A stretch of 64,000 nucleotides of DNA, taken from NCBI GenBank assembly GCA_046563655.1, contig CM102287.1, forward strand, positions 3,286,001 through 3,350,000, given 5' to 3'. The notes below the pieces were generated by a model that worked only from the letters and a program-made list of their open reading frames with translations, made no database searches and was not told the origin of the DNA. A program made the position numbers and the translations under genes. This document shows positions 25,049-38,328 of this stretch, in pieces. This DNA is from Yuukianura sp. NJ FZ-2021. Lineage: Eukaryota. How positions within the stretch are numbered: position 1 is the first letter of the stretch; each line of letters starts with the position of its first letter.

Positions 25049-25749
25049 TCAGTAGCTCTCAGTGGGCATGAATGGATGAGTTTTGAGATTGTGGTTGGAC
25101 CAGTACATGATGTAAATTCCAGCAAAAATGACAGCATACACGAGGTCCAGCCCAAGAAAAGTTGTGAACAGAACGGCAACCATTAACTCCTTTGACTTTC
25201 CTTTGTCAGGGTCAATACTGTCGAAGAAATGTTCTCGAACGTCGGAAGTAATGCCGATGACTGGAGACAGGAAAGCCAACAGTATGACGACGACGACCAA
25301 GAACTGAGCCCAGCAGTACCACTTGTACTTCTTACAGAACATCTACAAAACAGAAACTATTACATACATGTTATACTACATACATGTGACATGCCATGCC
25401 ATGTAACATGTTAGGTACGCTATCACTGCTTACCAAGAATGCTGTAAAAAGTTGGACACCGCCACCGACACCTCCAAGAATAGAGCCCACGATGGTAAAA
25501 GCTTTACTTCTGGCCAATTCATCTGGAAATAATTCTTCAAATTCCGTCGTCTCCGTATTGTTAACATCCATCGGCGGATAGTTGATGACCATAACTCCAC
25601 CGCAGAGGGCAATCACCACGAGACCAAACACCTAAAGGTCAAAGGTCATAGGTCAAAGGTCAAATAATTAACATACAAAAAAGAACTATTGTATTAGGTA
25701 AACATTGACTTACGGCTCCAAGGATCGCGAACCAATGAAGTACTGCCAT
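25049..25749 (-). CDS. Small four-transmembrane protein of unknown family
   Basis: Exons 25749-25714 (MAVLHWFAILGA), ~25631-25434 and 25342-25049 join in phase 0. Four hydrophobic helices; N-glycosylation site NNT in the first loop. Confidence 0.7.
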
Positions 25750-26096
25750 TTTTCAACTTCCAGAACACAATCCGTGAATAGTTGGAGGAGCCGAGCGGGA
25801 TTCATCTTGATCTTGTGAATCGCTGCAGCGACAGAAAACTAACAAAAACTGCCTGCTGTAGCTACTGTGTAGTAGCCATAGCGATTTCCTTAACTCCGAT
25901 TTGTTAATGGCGTTCAGGTTCACAAAAATCATAGCCTTGTGCTAAAATTGGAATGAATACTGACTGACAAGAATCTTACGTCAACGTTTACTTCAGTCTA
26001 AACTTTGATTGATTGATTCAAAATAGAAGACATGAAGAGTTTCTTGGACGTTTTTGGAAGTTGAGCACCAATACCATCATGAGATTTGTCAGTTGT

Positions 26097-27538
26097 TTAG
26101 GGTTGTCTTTTCAGAATTCGCGGAGTAAAGTACGAGATGATCACGTCAACTCCGGCTCTCCTGAGTCCAGTCATGGCCTCATCAATGGCCGTGTCAAGGT
26201 CAAATAAACCTGCCTTGGCTCCAGCAATCAGCAACGAGTATTCTCCAGAAACCTGACCAAATCCATACATTTTTCAGTAAAAACTTCACAGATCAACAAT
26301 ATCAGATGTTTGAATTCCGAAGGTCACCTGGTATGCAAACAGCGGAAATTCTGGATATTTTTGTTTGACGGAATGAATAATGTCCAAGTAGGCCATAGCC
26401 GGTTTGACCATGAGCATGTCAGCACCTTCAGTCACATCACGTTCCTGGAGCAAAAATGGACCAACGTTAGTTTAATTTTATATTTTTTAAAACGTATTTT
26501 GAACGTAGACTTACAACTGCGCGTAATGCAAGACCAGATGACCCAGCGGGGAGTTGGTAAGCCTTTCGATCTCCGAATGCTGGAGCTGAAGCAGCAGCAG
26601 CTCGAAACGGGCCGTAGAAACAAGATGAAAACTTGGCAGCATAAGACAGGACGGAAACACTGCGGAGTAGTCCTGCTCCAGCCAATGCCTTCTTAATCTC
26701 CAAGATCCGACCGTCCATCATGTCCGACGGAGCAATAATTTGACATCCTGCCAAAGCATATTTCACTGACACTTGGGCCAATCGCACAATCGACTTGTCA
26801 TTGTCAATTGTCCCGTCTTCTTTCAAAATTCCACAGTGTCCATGGTTAGTATAAGCACAAAGACAAATCTGAAATTATGAAATTCGATGTCGATTAAAAC
26901 GATTGAGTAAGTTAGAATAAAAACATATGCTAACGCTAGGTATTGTCTGAATCACATGTCGGCTCATCTACTTTTTTTTAGTAATGTGTTATTGTGACTG
27001 ACGGTCTCCACTTACATCACAAGCGACCAGTAGGTCCGGAAATGACTTTCGAAGGAGCTTAATAACTGGAATAACCGGTGACCTTGCTTCATCGTCAGCA
27101 CTGCTCGCAGTTTCATCCTAAAAAAAAGTTTACGTTACGATTAAGATTGAATCCTCCAGTTCTTTAACTCTTTAGTAATTACTCACCTTAACCTCGTCAT
27201 TTGCAACACCGAACAGAAGTACTGACTTAAGCCCAAGGTAAACAAGTGGTTTCAGATGACCTTCAACAGTATTCAGGCCCCACCGTTTCACTTCCGGCAT
27301 GGACGGTATCTCTTCCTCGGCATTTGGATCGGATCTAAAAATCATTCAATTAACAAAATGTAATTAACTAATGAAGCACATCTAGCAACAATTAAGAAAT
27401 GACAAAATCCAATGTCGCTTACGATAAAAATATGGGGTACATGAGGTTTGTAGCTGTCACTTGGGTATTCGGAGATTGCCATTCCCTCAACACTTTATGG
27501 AAGTAGCCACTGTGAATTCCAAAACCGCTGGATGCCAT
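26097..27538 (-). CDS. ALAD: Delta-aminolevulinic acid dehydratase (porphobilinogen synthase)
   Basis: [14 protein letters not shown]...NLMYPIFI; Zn site [88 protein letters not shown]. Seven exons. Confidence 0.97.
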
Positions 27539-30500
27539 GATCTTCTTCAATTTGCCAATTCAACAGTCAATTAATCATTAATCGATTAATTAGTTCACAA
27601 TCCTTAAGCAATTGATACGAAGTTCCTGCACACAGTTAAATCAAATCGGATGGACGTTACGGGACCTACGGGTAGTACGGGACCTATTAAGCTAAGCTCA
27701 TGTGTTTCTCTAGGTAAAAATATAAAAAAAGTTGACTGTCACCAACTCGCGGCTCTTGAGGAGCTCATATTCGGTATCCAAAATTTGACGTTCAGTTTGT
27801 TCAAACATTACAATTTAAAAAAAACTTGTTCAAAAATTATACTGTTCAAAATCTTATGCTTAGAAGGTACTGGAAAACCATCGCTTCATCAAAATGAACA
27901 ACTCAGCGCAATACTACCAATTCATTATCCAACTTTTTTTAAACAAGAAATTTCAGATTTTGCTGGGATTATGTTCAAACAACGCTCGTGTTTTGAAATA
28001 CTGTTCAAACTGTTCAAAGTTCGCTTGGCTAGAGTTTTGTTTGAAAAAAAAGAGCTATTATGGTCTCCGTTTTACTAACTTGCATTTCAGATTAGCATCT
28101 GACAGTGACATATCGATGTCACCGTTTCTCCGGAGGTTCCTGGAACGTAGTTCTTTGAAAAGAACAATTTAGTTGTCAAATTAAAGTTAAATTAACAAAT
28201 AGTTTGGCCCAAGCAGCCAACCCTCATTTTTCTGGAATACGTTTGGTCCTGGAGTAAACACGATATTTGAATTTAAAAAGAAAACGCTGCTTCGAGTAGA
28301 AGACTTTGACTTTGTTGGGGGTGGAAGGTGGATCGATTCCTGCTTTCATCGATTTTTTTAAGCCAAGAGACCCACTTTCCACGTAATGCTTTAGGTCTTC
28401 TGGAATGTGGCTCCAGCCAGCCACGAGCCACCGTTGACCCACATCCTTCTCTCTACGCATCAATAACTTGACCTCCATCGTCTGTTGGGTGTCACTTTAT
28501 GTCAAACTGTCAAATGCTAACTAACCATAACACATAGCCAAGTACGCATCGTGCTTACAATTTTGCAGCGGGATATTAGAAAGAATCGCTTTTCCTGGAA
28601 GCATCGCTGCTTTTATTTTGAAAAAACGACGCTGCACGACATTTGAATTTAAATCAAGCGTCTCCGCTTCCAGTCATTGCAAACTTACGACCAAAACACG
28701 CACACTTTCTAATACCACAATACAATAGAGGCCATCCATCACTGGAAACCGTAGTAGTTACTTCCTCCAGCGGACAAACCTCTGAAACTTACGCCCAAAT
28801 TGTTAGCAACGCTCAACACAAAAATCTTCCTCATTGTTAGTCTCCCGAGGACGTTCGTCCTACAACAAAAAAGTCAACAGCAATTTGGTCCACGACATGA
28901 ACTTCTGAAACAAATATATCTGAATCTACGAAAAAAAAACTTTCAAAATTTTCAAAGATTTCATTTATTCTAAAGACTTGATCAGTATTTTGGATTCTTT
29001 TCGGGAAACACGACTAGACATTGCGAAAAAAAGCTTTTAAGAAATAAAGCCATGTTTGGGTTTCTCCGGTTTCTCTGGAAATTTTCTGGAGTGAAAGCAG
29101 AGCTCCACTTTCACTTTCGCTTTCATTCACGCTCCAGCGCTGCTCCAACTCACACGCAAACTAAACCTGCCTTCAAAATTTCTTCCAAAGGTTCCAAAAT
29201 TCAAAATTTCTAAAAATTGTATAACTTTTTTACATCAAAACGTAACCTAGCAAAATCTTAACTTCAATATAACATCCACTGGCCACTGAGTGATCTGTAT
29301 CACTAAATATTCTAACTTTTCAGGTAAAATTTCTATACATAACTAACTTAACTAATCTAACAAATCAACTAAGTTTAGTATAAAAGTTATAACATAAAGT
29401 TCATAATTAAAAACCTAAACAAAAAACATAAACGTTGACTTTTTTTGAGTTTGACACTAACATGGACGATAATCTTAATTCAAAATTTAATTTTGACGTA
29501 GATTTTATATTTGTTTTTGCTCAACGGCGTGGAAGTTTGACAAGAAATTTCTCTTTTTGAGAGAAAGAGAAATCCATATTCCCGCAAACTTTTTTTTCTC
29601 TTTTCTCCTTGGACTGTTTGTGAAATTCTTTGCGGAGAGAGGGGATGCCAAAATCGTTTTTCCTTGGAAGTAATATTAGATGAATAAAATGATAAAAGGA
29701 GGAATCGGAAGAGCAGGGACGTGGTTTGTCTTGGGAATAAGTGAAATGTTAGCTTAACCTAACCCTAACCTTCTCCCTTTGTCTCATATCATAGTCTCCG
29801 ATAGGAATTTGTTCCAATTCCAATAAACCTCTTCACTTTTTTTTCATCTTCTCTGGGTTTTTCCATCTAACCATAACCCTAACTCCCTAACTTAAACGCT
29901 CAAACCATAACCTTAACTTACTAACTTCAATTCTCATCAAAATCATTCACTTTCTTCGAATTTTTATAACAAGCGTGACCTTCGTGAGATCAATTTAACC
30001 TAACATAGAAATTCTAAAAAGAATTTCCACGAAGGAATTTTTCCGAAAAATGAAAAAATGAGGATACGGAAAGAATTTGTGGTCGATTTTTCTTCATTTT
30101 CGTGGGAATTATGAAATTGGAGGAGAAAGTTAGAAGAAAAGATGAACAAATAAAGGGATGTTGTGTGGCCCCACTATAATTCCCAGAGTCCCACCGGCGG
30201 TGGGCTCAGCTTTCACTTTCACTTAGTTTCAGGCCCCACCAGCAAAAAAGTTGGAGCTTACAACATAGTGCTTCCTGTACTACAAAAGTTTTCTCCTTTT
30301 GTTTCAAAAATTTATTTTGAAAAAGTGGTTTTCTCAAAATCTCCAAAAATTTCCATTTTCTTGATGTCAGCTTATGGATTTTTGCAAGAGAGAGACAGAG
30401 ATTTAAATTTTTCGGGAGAAAGTTAAAAGCAGCTTATAAACTTCTTTATTTCGCTTGGATTTGGTTGTCAAAATTTTGAGACAAGAGAAATTACTGCTTA

Positions 30501-31832
30501 AGCTTTTAGTACTTTTTCAAATGTGGTTAGCATAAGAAATGTTGTTACAAAAATTCTAATAGTTTTTCATTTTAGTAATTTCGAAAAAAAAAAAAGTTAA
30601 GCTCCACTTTCCCTTCAAAATTGATTTTCTCGGAATCTTTTTTTTTTTTTGGCCCGAAAAAAAAAACGGAAGTAACTTAAAATCCGAAATTTCTGGGGAC
30701 TTATTAGTCCTAAGCACAAAATCTTCAAAATCTATCGAAATCTGGGAAATCTTTTGAATGAAAATCTCTTTTGAAACTTTCTTTTCAAAATCCCAGAGAA
30801 TGTAAAAGTAAGTGGAGTAACAATTGAGGAGAGAAAGTTCGGTTTCAAAGAAAGTGGAAAGAATAGTAGACTTCCACAAGGACTCCCACTATTCCTATTA
30901 TTACTAACAAGGAGAAAAGTTTTTCAAAAAAAAATTGGAAAAAAAAATTTCAAAAAAGTTTGGATATTCTAAAAAAGATTTAGGATCGGTAGTATTAGAA
31001 TTGCTTAGACTCGCACTTTCTCTTAAGTTCAAGAGAGAGAGAGAGAGGGACGACAGCAAAAAAAAAAGAAAGTTTTGTGCAAAAAAAAATCGTCAATTGG
31101 ATTTTTTTTCCAAAAAAATGCCAATTTTGTGCGAAAAGTGGAGAGTTTCTGTGGAAAGGCGCCAGTCTGACGAAAGGCGATCTGTCCAGACCAATGTGCA
31201 ATTTTTATTTGCAAAAATTTTTTGCAACAGTTTCACTTTTCTGTCGCGAAATATGAGAAAAAGTTGAGCATGTGAAACTATACATAGTAGGCTTTGGTGA
31301 TTTTCCTTGTCATGACCAGAAAGTGGGGGTCATGACCTTTTGACCTTTGCGGGACAGACAGACAAAAAAGTTTCACTTTTATGTCTAACAACCAAAATTT
31401 TCAACTAAAATTTCCAATTTTCCAAAAATTTCCAGTCTGATGACTTGTTTGTGACACCACGTGACCGCAGAGGTCACGACCGCAGTGACACTTTTGAGGT
31501 CAAACCAAAATTAATTGTCAAGTTTCAAAGTTTGCAAAGTTATTCACTCGTTGGACAACATTACAAATGAGGCAATTCGATTCTTGACATTGTAGTTCCA
31601 AAATTTCGGAGAAAGTAGAGAAATTTTGAGAAAAGCGTGCAAGTTTTGTGAAAAGCGTGAAACTCTCTTTTCTCTTTTCAAAACCCAACGTTCCTTTGTT
31701 TGACAGGGAATTTATTTGAGCAAGACGCTGTCAGCGGCGACCGTTTGTCACTCCACAGTGACATTTCCAACACATTCTCAACTTGACGAAAGTGAATTTT
31801 CAAACACGGCCGCGGTGTGTTCTTCTTCCAAC

Positions 31833-34800
31833 ATGGAAATCCCATTGTGTGGAACAAAAGAAAAAAAGAAGCGGTTTTTTCGAAAAACGGGCTCCGGCGG
31901 CTCCAGTTCCTCGTCGTCACGGGGCGGAGGCAGTCAAAATTCGTGGGACAGTTTGCAGCACAGCCCTGTCTCAAGTATGACCAACAGTTTTGAAAATGCC
32001 ACGACCACCACTGGCCCCACCACGGTGGCTCCAACTTCGAATAATCCACTGCCACCGCCAGCACAACCGTTGAATAATTTGAACTACCCGGGATCCGCTA
32101 CCCCACCGCGGAAAAATCAACAGCGGACCAAGTTGCAGGGAGTGACGACCGGCAGTCCGGGAAATTCCATTAGTTTGGACGAGGCGGAGCATATTCTGCA
32201 GCAACATAGACGCTTCATGGGCGCGCCAAGAAGGGCGCGAAGCGCGGAACGGTTTGATGGCATGCGTATCAACAATTCGTCGGGTAAGTTATGCTTTACT
32301 TTTACTAAACTACCATATGTATGCTCAATTTTCAAAATTTCAGCACGTATTTTTTCCGAGGATTTTTTGTCTTCTGCTTTTTTACCGAGGATTTTTTGTC
32401 TTCTGCTTTTTTACCGAGGATTTTTTGTCTTCTGCTTTTTTACCGAGGATTTTTTGTCTTCCACAATTTTTCCGAGGATTTTTTGTCGCACTTTTTGCTC
32501 CGGTCAAAACTTTTTTTGAATTTGTCGACCACCCGAGGTTTGAAATTGCTTAGTTTTTGAAGTGGTTAAGTTGGTTAGAAAGTGGTAAAGCGTTTTTGAA
32601 GTGACTGTTTCAACCTCACGGCTTCCTTGTTCAACTAGTTTTCTCCCTTTCTCTTTCTAAAAAAGACAAAAAGCAAAAGAAGATAACTGGAAATTTTGAA
32701 AGTTGTAAAAGTGCTGGGGCTGCGGTGGTACAAGAAAAGCGAGTCACGTCTTCTCACCCACGCTCTCACTCGATCAATCAAGATGCTGATCCTGTTAGGT
32801 CAGGTTTCTACTATGCTTATGTTCAGTTTTACTAAGGTTAGGCTATGTTTCTGAAAAACTGAGGATTCGTTTCATACAAACTGAATTCATTCATTGTATT
32901 CACCCAAAGAGAAAGTTTTGGTATCTGATGACGATCGGTGTTTGAGATGCCAACAAACTTTTTCAAGGTTCAACCTTGACCTCCAAAAACTCTTGCTTTT
33001 CCAAAACGAGATATTAAGATAGGATTTCCAAAAAGTTTTCAAAATTTAGTACCCACTAACCCGAAGTTTCAGAATTGAAAACTCGTTTTGAACTTTGCAG
33101 TTTTTACTACAAAATTGAAAATCTGAATTGCTCAAATTGAATATCGAACAATATTTCCTGCCAAATCAAACTGAAAAAAATTGTTGTAACTTACAGTTGA
33201 CACACGTCTCCAAAACAGTTATTTAGAAAAAATAGGGTTTCGAAATTTTGGAAACTGTTTACTTTTTCATAATTTTGAACTTTTTTTGAAACTTTGAACC
33301 ACGTTCCAAAGTTATTGAAACGAAACCTGACCGATTGTAATAAACCGGCAGTGTAAAACGTTCATGCTTATGACAAATTTTTAAGGGCTCATCCCTTTTA
33401 TTTTTTTTTCTAAGAAAACCAGTGGGCCCTTGGGACTCACTTTCACCCTGAACTTTCACTTTCGCTTTCCACTGACCTCTCAACAAGGGCTTAGACTTAG
33501 GAAAAGGAAAAGAAATTGTTAGAATTTACGTGGTCTTTGGCTAAAACAAAAACTTTTCTTCTTCCTTTTCTTAAAAACTTTTACTTTGCTGAGCTAACAA
33601 ATTATTGAAAGGTTCTCGATAGAGCATGCTCGGGTTCGAGCTTCTTTTTTATTCAAGTGAAAGTGGAAGTGAAAACTTTTTTCAAGTCCAAAGCAAACAC
33701 TTCTTGACTCTCTTCAAAAGAAACACAAGTTTTCGAGAAAAAAAAAACACGAGAAAAGCTGAAAAAAAACAACACAAAAGCAAACGGAAGGTGTATATTT
33801 CCAACTACGCGCTTCTCGCGCGTAGATTTTTTGTTCGATATACATTTTCTTGCGCCGCCAAACTTCGTTTACGTTTTCCCCAATTTTTTGCCATCCTGTC
33901 TAGTGGTTTTTACGTTTTACCTTTTGCCTTTTTGGTGGATTCCTTGTTTTCGCGCCGTTTCGGGAGCGTTTTTCGCGTCTCGGGCGCGTATTTTTCCTGA
34001 CCGGTGTGTGCCTTGTAGAAATTGGAAGGGATTGTGTTGACACAGCATTGGTTGGGCAGGGATTTGTGGTGGCTAATAAGAGCGTAATGTTCCTGGAGAA
34101 AGTTAATTAAGGCCAGGGTGAAAGTGGATTTATGTTTCTGTTTCTACTGCACAGGAGAGAAGCAAGTCCACTACCCAACACCTACCAGGGAACAACTTCT
34201 GGACAAAAGCAGTCCAAGCAACAGCAATAAATTCAATCCAACCAGACCAGCAGCCAGACCCACCAGCGGTGGGGCAAGCCCCGCCGGGACCACTGCCCCC
34301 ACCGGCGATCTCCGAAGAACTACGCAGCTTCCTCTGGGAGGTCCAAGCGTCGTCTCTCCGCCGCCACCGTATCAAGCTGCCGTTAACGAAGTAAGGTCAA
34401 AGGTCAACTTTTCTAATTTATAAAAATCTGTTCCAGACAGGCTTTGAAAATTTCAAATTTGACTTTCAAAACTTTTTGTTTAGAAATCTGGACCACCAAC
34501 ATACCGTCAAGCTCTTGCTTTGGCAGCACAGACGCAATCGGTCAAAGGTCAAATGACAACGGCGCGACCGATGACCTTGAATCGAACGCGTCACCATCAC
34601 CGCGGCGGTCACAGCCAGAGTTTTGATTTTGAATTTGGCTCCAGTGGCACTACAATGCGATCTGCCGTGTCCGTTCCAGCGTTCTCTAATGAGGCCATTT
34701 GCAACTGCTCCAAATGCCAGGTAACAACCACTATTCTTCTCCAGGCATAACATAAAAGTTAACGACGCTTTCTAAACACGCGCCAAATTTGACCTTTGAC

Positions 34801-35159
34801 CTCTCTACTTTCACTGAGAGTGACCTCAAGGTCACTCAAAATTTTGTTTCGGAAATTGATAAGTTAAAAGCGTGGCTTTCCAGGTGTCAATTGTTCTGCA
34901 GTTCAAATTTTGTTTTATTGAAAAAAAATTGAAGGGGAGTTTTGACCATGAAATTTTGATTTTGAAATTTCAGACTTTTCGAATTTTTGAAACTTTTTTT
35001 TTTCGAACATTTTAGATTCAGAACAAAGCTATGCTGGCTGGCGAAGATGCGTATGGGAACGGAGGAGACTACAACGACTCAGCAGTGTACATGGAGTCAC
35101 AAGCATTTCTAATGCATGAGATCATGACCGATGGAATGGCATTTTGCAGTATCATGTAA
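31833..35159 (+). CDS. Unrecognised low-complexity protein with two PPxY motifs and C-terminal CaaX (CSIM)
   Basis: Exons 31707/31833-32283, 34155-34390, 34484-34720 and 35016-35159 join in frame through canonical GT-AG sites and end in DGMAFCSIM*. The frame is open upstream to the acceptor at 31707, so the true start may be further 5'. Confidence 0.75.
32351..32487. repeat. Intronic minisatellite, ~29 bp unit (TTTTTTACCGAGGATTTTTTGTCTTCTGC), about 4.5 copies
   Basis: Direct tandem copies are visible just after the exon donor at 32283. Confidence 0.85.
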
Positions 35160-38100
35160 ACATTTTGAAACACCAAAAATTTCCAAAACCAAAATTTCAC
35201 ACATTTCACATTTTTCAAAAAAAAAAACGAAGCTCTGGTGAGAGTTCAAACCGCTAAGAAATTGAAAAGAGATACAAAGCAGGATTGATTTAATTGAGAT
35301 TCTGAAATGAAATTCGAAAATTTTTAAAGGTTTAAACAGACTTTTTAGAAATTTTTTAGAAAAAGTGTACAAAATTTTGTGTTGGCGTGGATTAATTTAG
35401 AGGTACACTTTTATTAGTAACTAGGTGGAGAATGAAGTAAGAACGGAGTAACTTTTGTTCTAAACAAAAAACTTTTTGAAAATGTAGTTCAAAACTTTTT
35501 GGAACAAGAAAAAGTTTATGAACGTGAGTGCGAGCACTAAAGTCCAAGTCCACTTTGTAAATTTTAATTCTCGTCTTCTACTAGGAGCATCCGAAGTTCA
35601 TATTTGTCTAAAATTTATGAATTTTGTAATTTGTGAAAACTTTTTTGTTCAAAAGTTGGTCAAAATTTAAAATATTTCAAACTACGGCTTATCCCGGTCA
35701 AACTAAAAAATTCCTAAAAAAAAGTTCTCATCGAGAAAGTTTACAAATGAACAAACGAATTCACTTTTTTTTTTATTGAAACGTGAATATCACAAGACGC
35801 GATTGGAACGTGAATTCTAGTGAAACGCGAATTGGAGCGCGAATTTTCACGGTGAAAGCGATTCCTTGATTTAAAACTTGAAAGAGAAAGTATTGGTTTT
35901 CATGGCATACAGAGCTAATTAGTTTCGTTGAGGATTTGAAAACGGCTTCAACTTTCTCTTGATTGAAAAATGATTACTGGCAGAAAAAAAGTTCCATTTT
36001 CACCAACTTTAAAAAAAAAAATGTCGCTTCTTCAAAAGTGTGTTAGATTTTCTAAAAAAAATTTAGTGTTTTTTTTTAACAAATTGTCTTAGTTCAAAGC
36101 CGTTTGAAAATAATAATTTCCAAAATTCGTGAAACATCGTCGCGAAAACAGTTCACCCGTCACTGCTTTCCTGGCGTCGCGTCGTTTTGGCGATTCTCGC
36201 GTTTTCGCGTCCAGCGCTTAGTAAAGTTCCATCGGCACGTGTCAAGTGTTAAGTTTTTTTTTTTTTGTATGGTGATGTAGGAGTAGGATTTAATTAAGGG
36301 AGGAACTAAACCTCGGAATGGCGGATTAAAACTGTTACATCACATATGTTACGTTGCATGTTACGTTTATGTTAGATTTAGTTGGTGTTCGTGAGGCTTA
36401 AGGTTAGGCTTTAGTTAGGCCAAGGTACATCAAAGTTTGAAAACTTTTGTAACTCCTATTTTTCCCAAGAAAATGGGAAATATTGGTAGAAAAGCGGAGC
36501 TGGTCTCTCGTAGTTCGTTTTTTTTAGAAAAAGAAAAACGCTTTAGACTTTTTCAAAAAAACACTTTCAAAAAAGCGGTGAAATTCAAAAGGATTAGATT
36601 CTAAGTTCCTTGGAATTGGAAAAGAGAAAGTCTCCAGTGGTGCTAAAGTGAAACTCGTCCGTTCCTGAACAAATACTAAAACTACAAAGAAAAAGTTATT
36701 GAAAAAGAAATCAAAATTTTTACACAAAACGGAAATCAAAGTTCCAAAAAGTTGTATTTTAACAGGAAATGAAACTTTCTCGAATAAACTTCACACAAAA
36801 CGTAACCTAGAAACCTCTCTTACAAATGAGAGTGACATAACGTTAAGAGTTTACGTAAACTAGAAATTTGAAACCCAAAAAAGTTTTGATGAAATTTCGA
36901 AATTCAAATGCTTTTTGATAAAGATCGAGAAGTTGAAAAAACGTAAAATTTGATTTACAAGAACACCTTTAGATGAGCTTATGAAGATAAAAAATGCGTG
37001 TTTTGTAAGTGTAATATTCAAAATTTTGAAAAAATGCTACCAAAATCCCTTTGGATTTCAAATTTTAAGTGAAAGTGAAAATTGTGTTTAGCAAATCAAA
37101 AACTGAAACACTGTGGTTTGTTTGTACCTGTAAAAACTAAATTATCAATTGACTACCTGTTGTAATGAAGTTAACTTTAATTGCAATTAATTTAGTTAGT
37201 TTTAACTTTTGTTAAAACATAGTTTTAACCTCGAAAACTTTAGTTCAAAATTTAGTTTTAACTGTTTGTTTAACTTGCTACGACTTATTTAAGTACTGCT
37301 GTTTTAGTTTACAAAAGTTTAATTTTAGAACAAATTTTTTTTTCAAAAAGTGAAAGTTTGGTTGTTAACCTCAATAAAACACCAAATCCTTGGATTTTTT
37401 CGGAAACTTAAAACCTTACAGCAGTAAGACACAAAAAGGAAAAATAAAAACGAAAGTGAAAGTTTAGTGCTTTCGTTTTATGTTCTTCTTGCATGAAAAA
37501 AGTTAAAAGTTTTGCCAACTGTACCAAATCGTGTTTTATTTTGTTAAGTTCCGTTTTTTTTTTTGTATTTGAAAAACAAAACTGTCTGGGCCAAATTGAA
37601 ACGTAAAACGGAGAGTGGAAATCTCTGGGCTAAATTTCAGTTTAAAAGAGAAAGCAGCGGGGAAATTCAAAACTTCCACTTTCTCTTGTCATCTCTCACT
37701 TTGTCAATGTCACGTCCACAGAAAACGCTCATCTTCATCATGGAAACTCTCAGTTCCTAATTTCTACTTTTCCAGTTTCTAGACAGACAACATAAAGTGA
37801 AAACTAAGAGAAAACGCGTGGTAGTACGAAAAACAAAAACGAGAGAAAAAAAAAGTCAATTTTTCTTAAAAAATTTCCATTTGTCAGTCATCTTCGCCGC
37901 ATTTCAAAAGAAATGCTTTCACTTTTGTTAGTTTTTCATTTTTTTTTGATTTTGGAGGGAGTAATTGCAGAAAAATCAAAAGTTATTACTTTTGAGCGTA
38001 TCCGAAAATCTTTGGAATGTTGGATGCCTATCACCAGGAAATGAGGGGCACAATTTTCAAAAAAATCGATTTCAGCTCATTTTCCCGCTCTTTCTAAAAT

Positions 38101-38328
38101 TTAAAAAAGCGAGAGAAACCAAAAGCAGAAAAGAAAGAGAAAGTGAACGCTTGAGAACTTTCTTTATTAAATCATGAGTCTCTCCAATTGGCTTTTCTCT
38201 TGCTCATCCTTCCTTCACATTAACTTCCGCGTGGATACTCAACCAAATGAGAATTTTCCCAAAATTACATAGATTGTAACAAGAAACTGAAAATTTTGAA
38301 AGTTGTGGAACATGATTCCTCCCGCCTT

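Noticed and set aside
28224..28478. 84-aa minus-strand ORF upstream of ALAD
   Set aside because: No recognisable motif or convincing splice partners; it could be a small gene or element remnant, but I cannot support a call.
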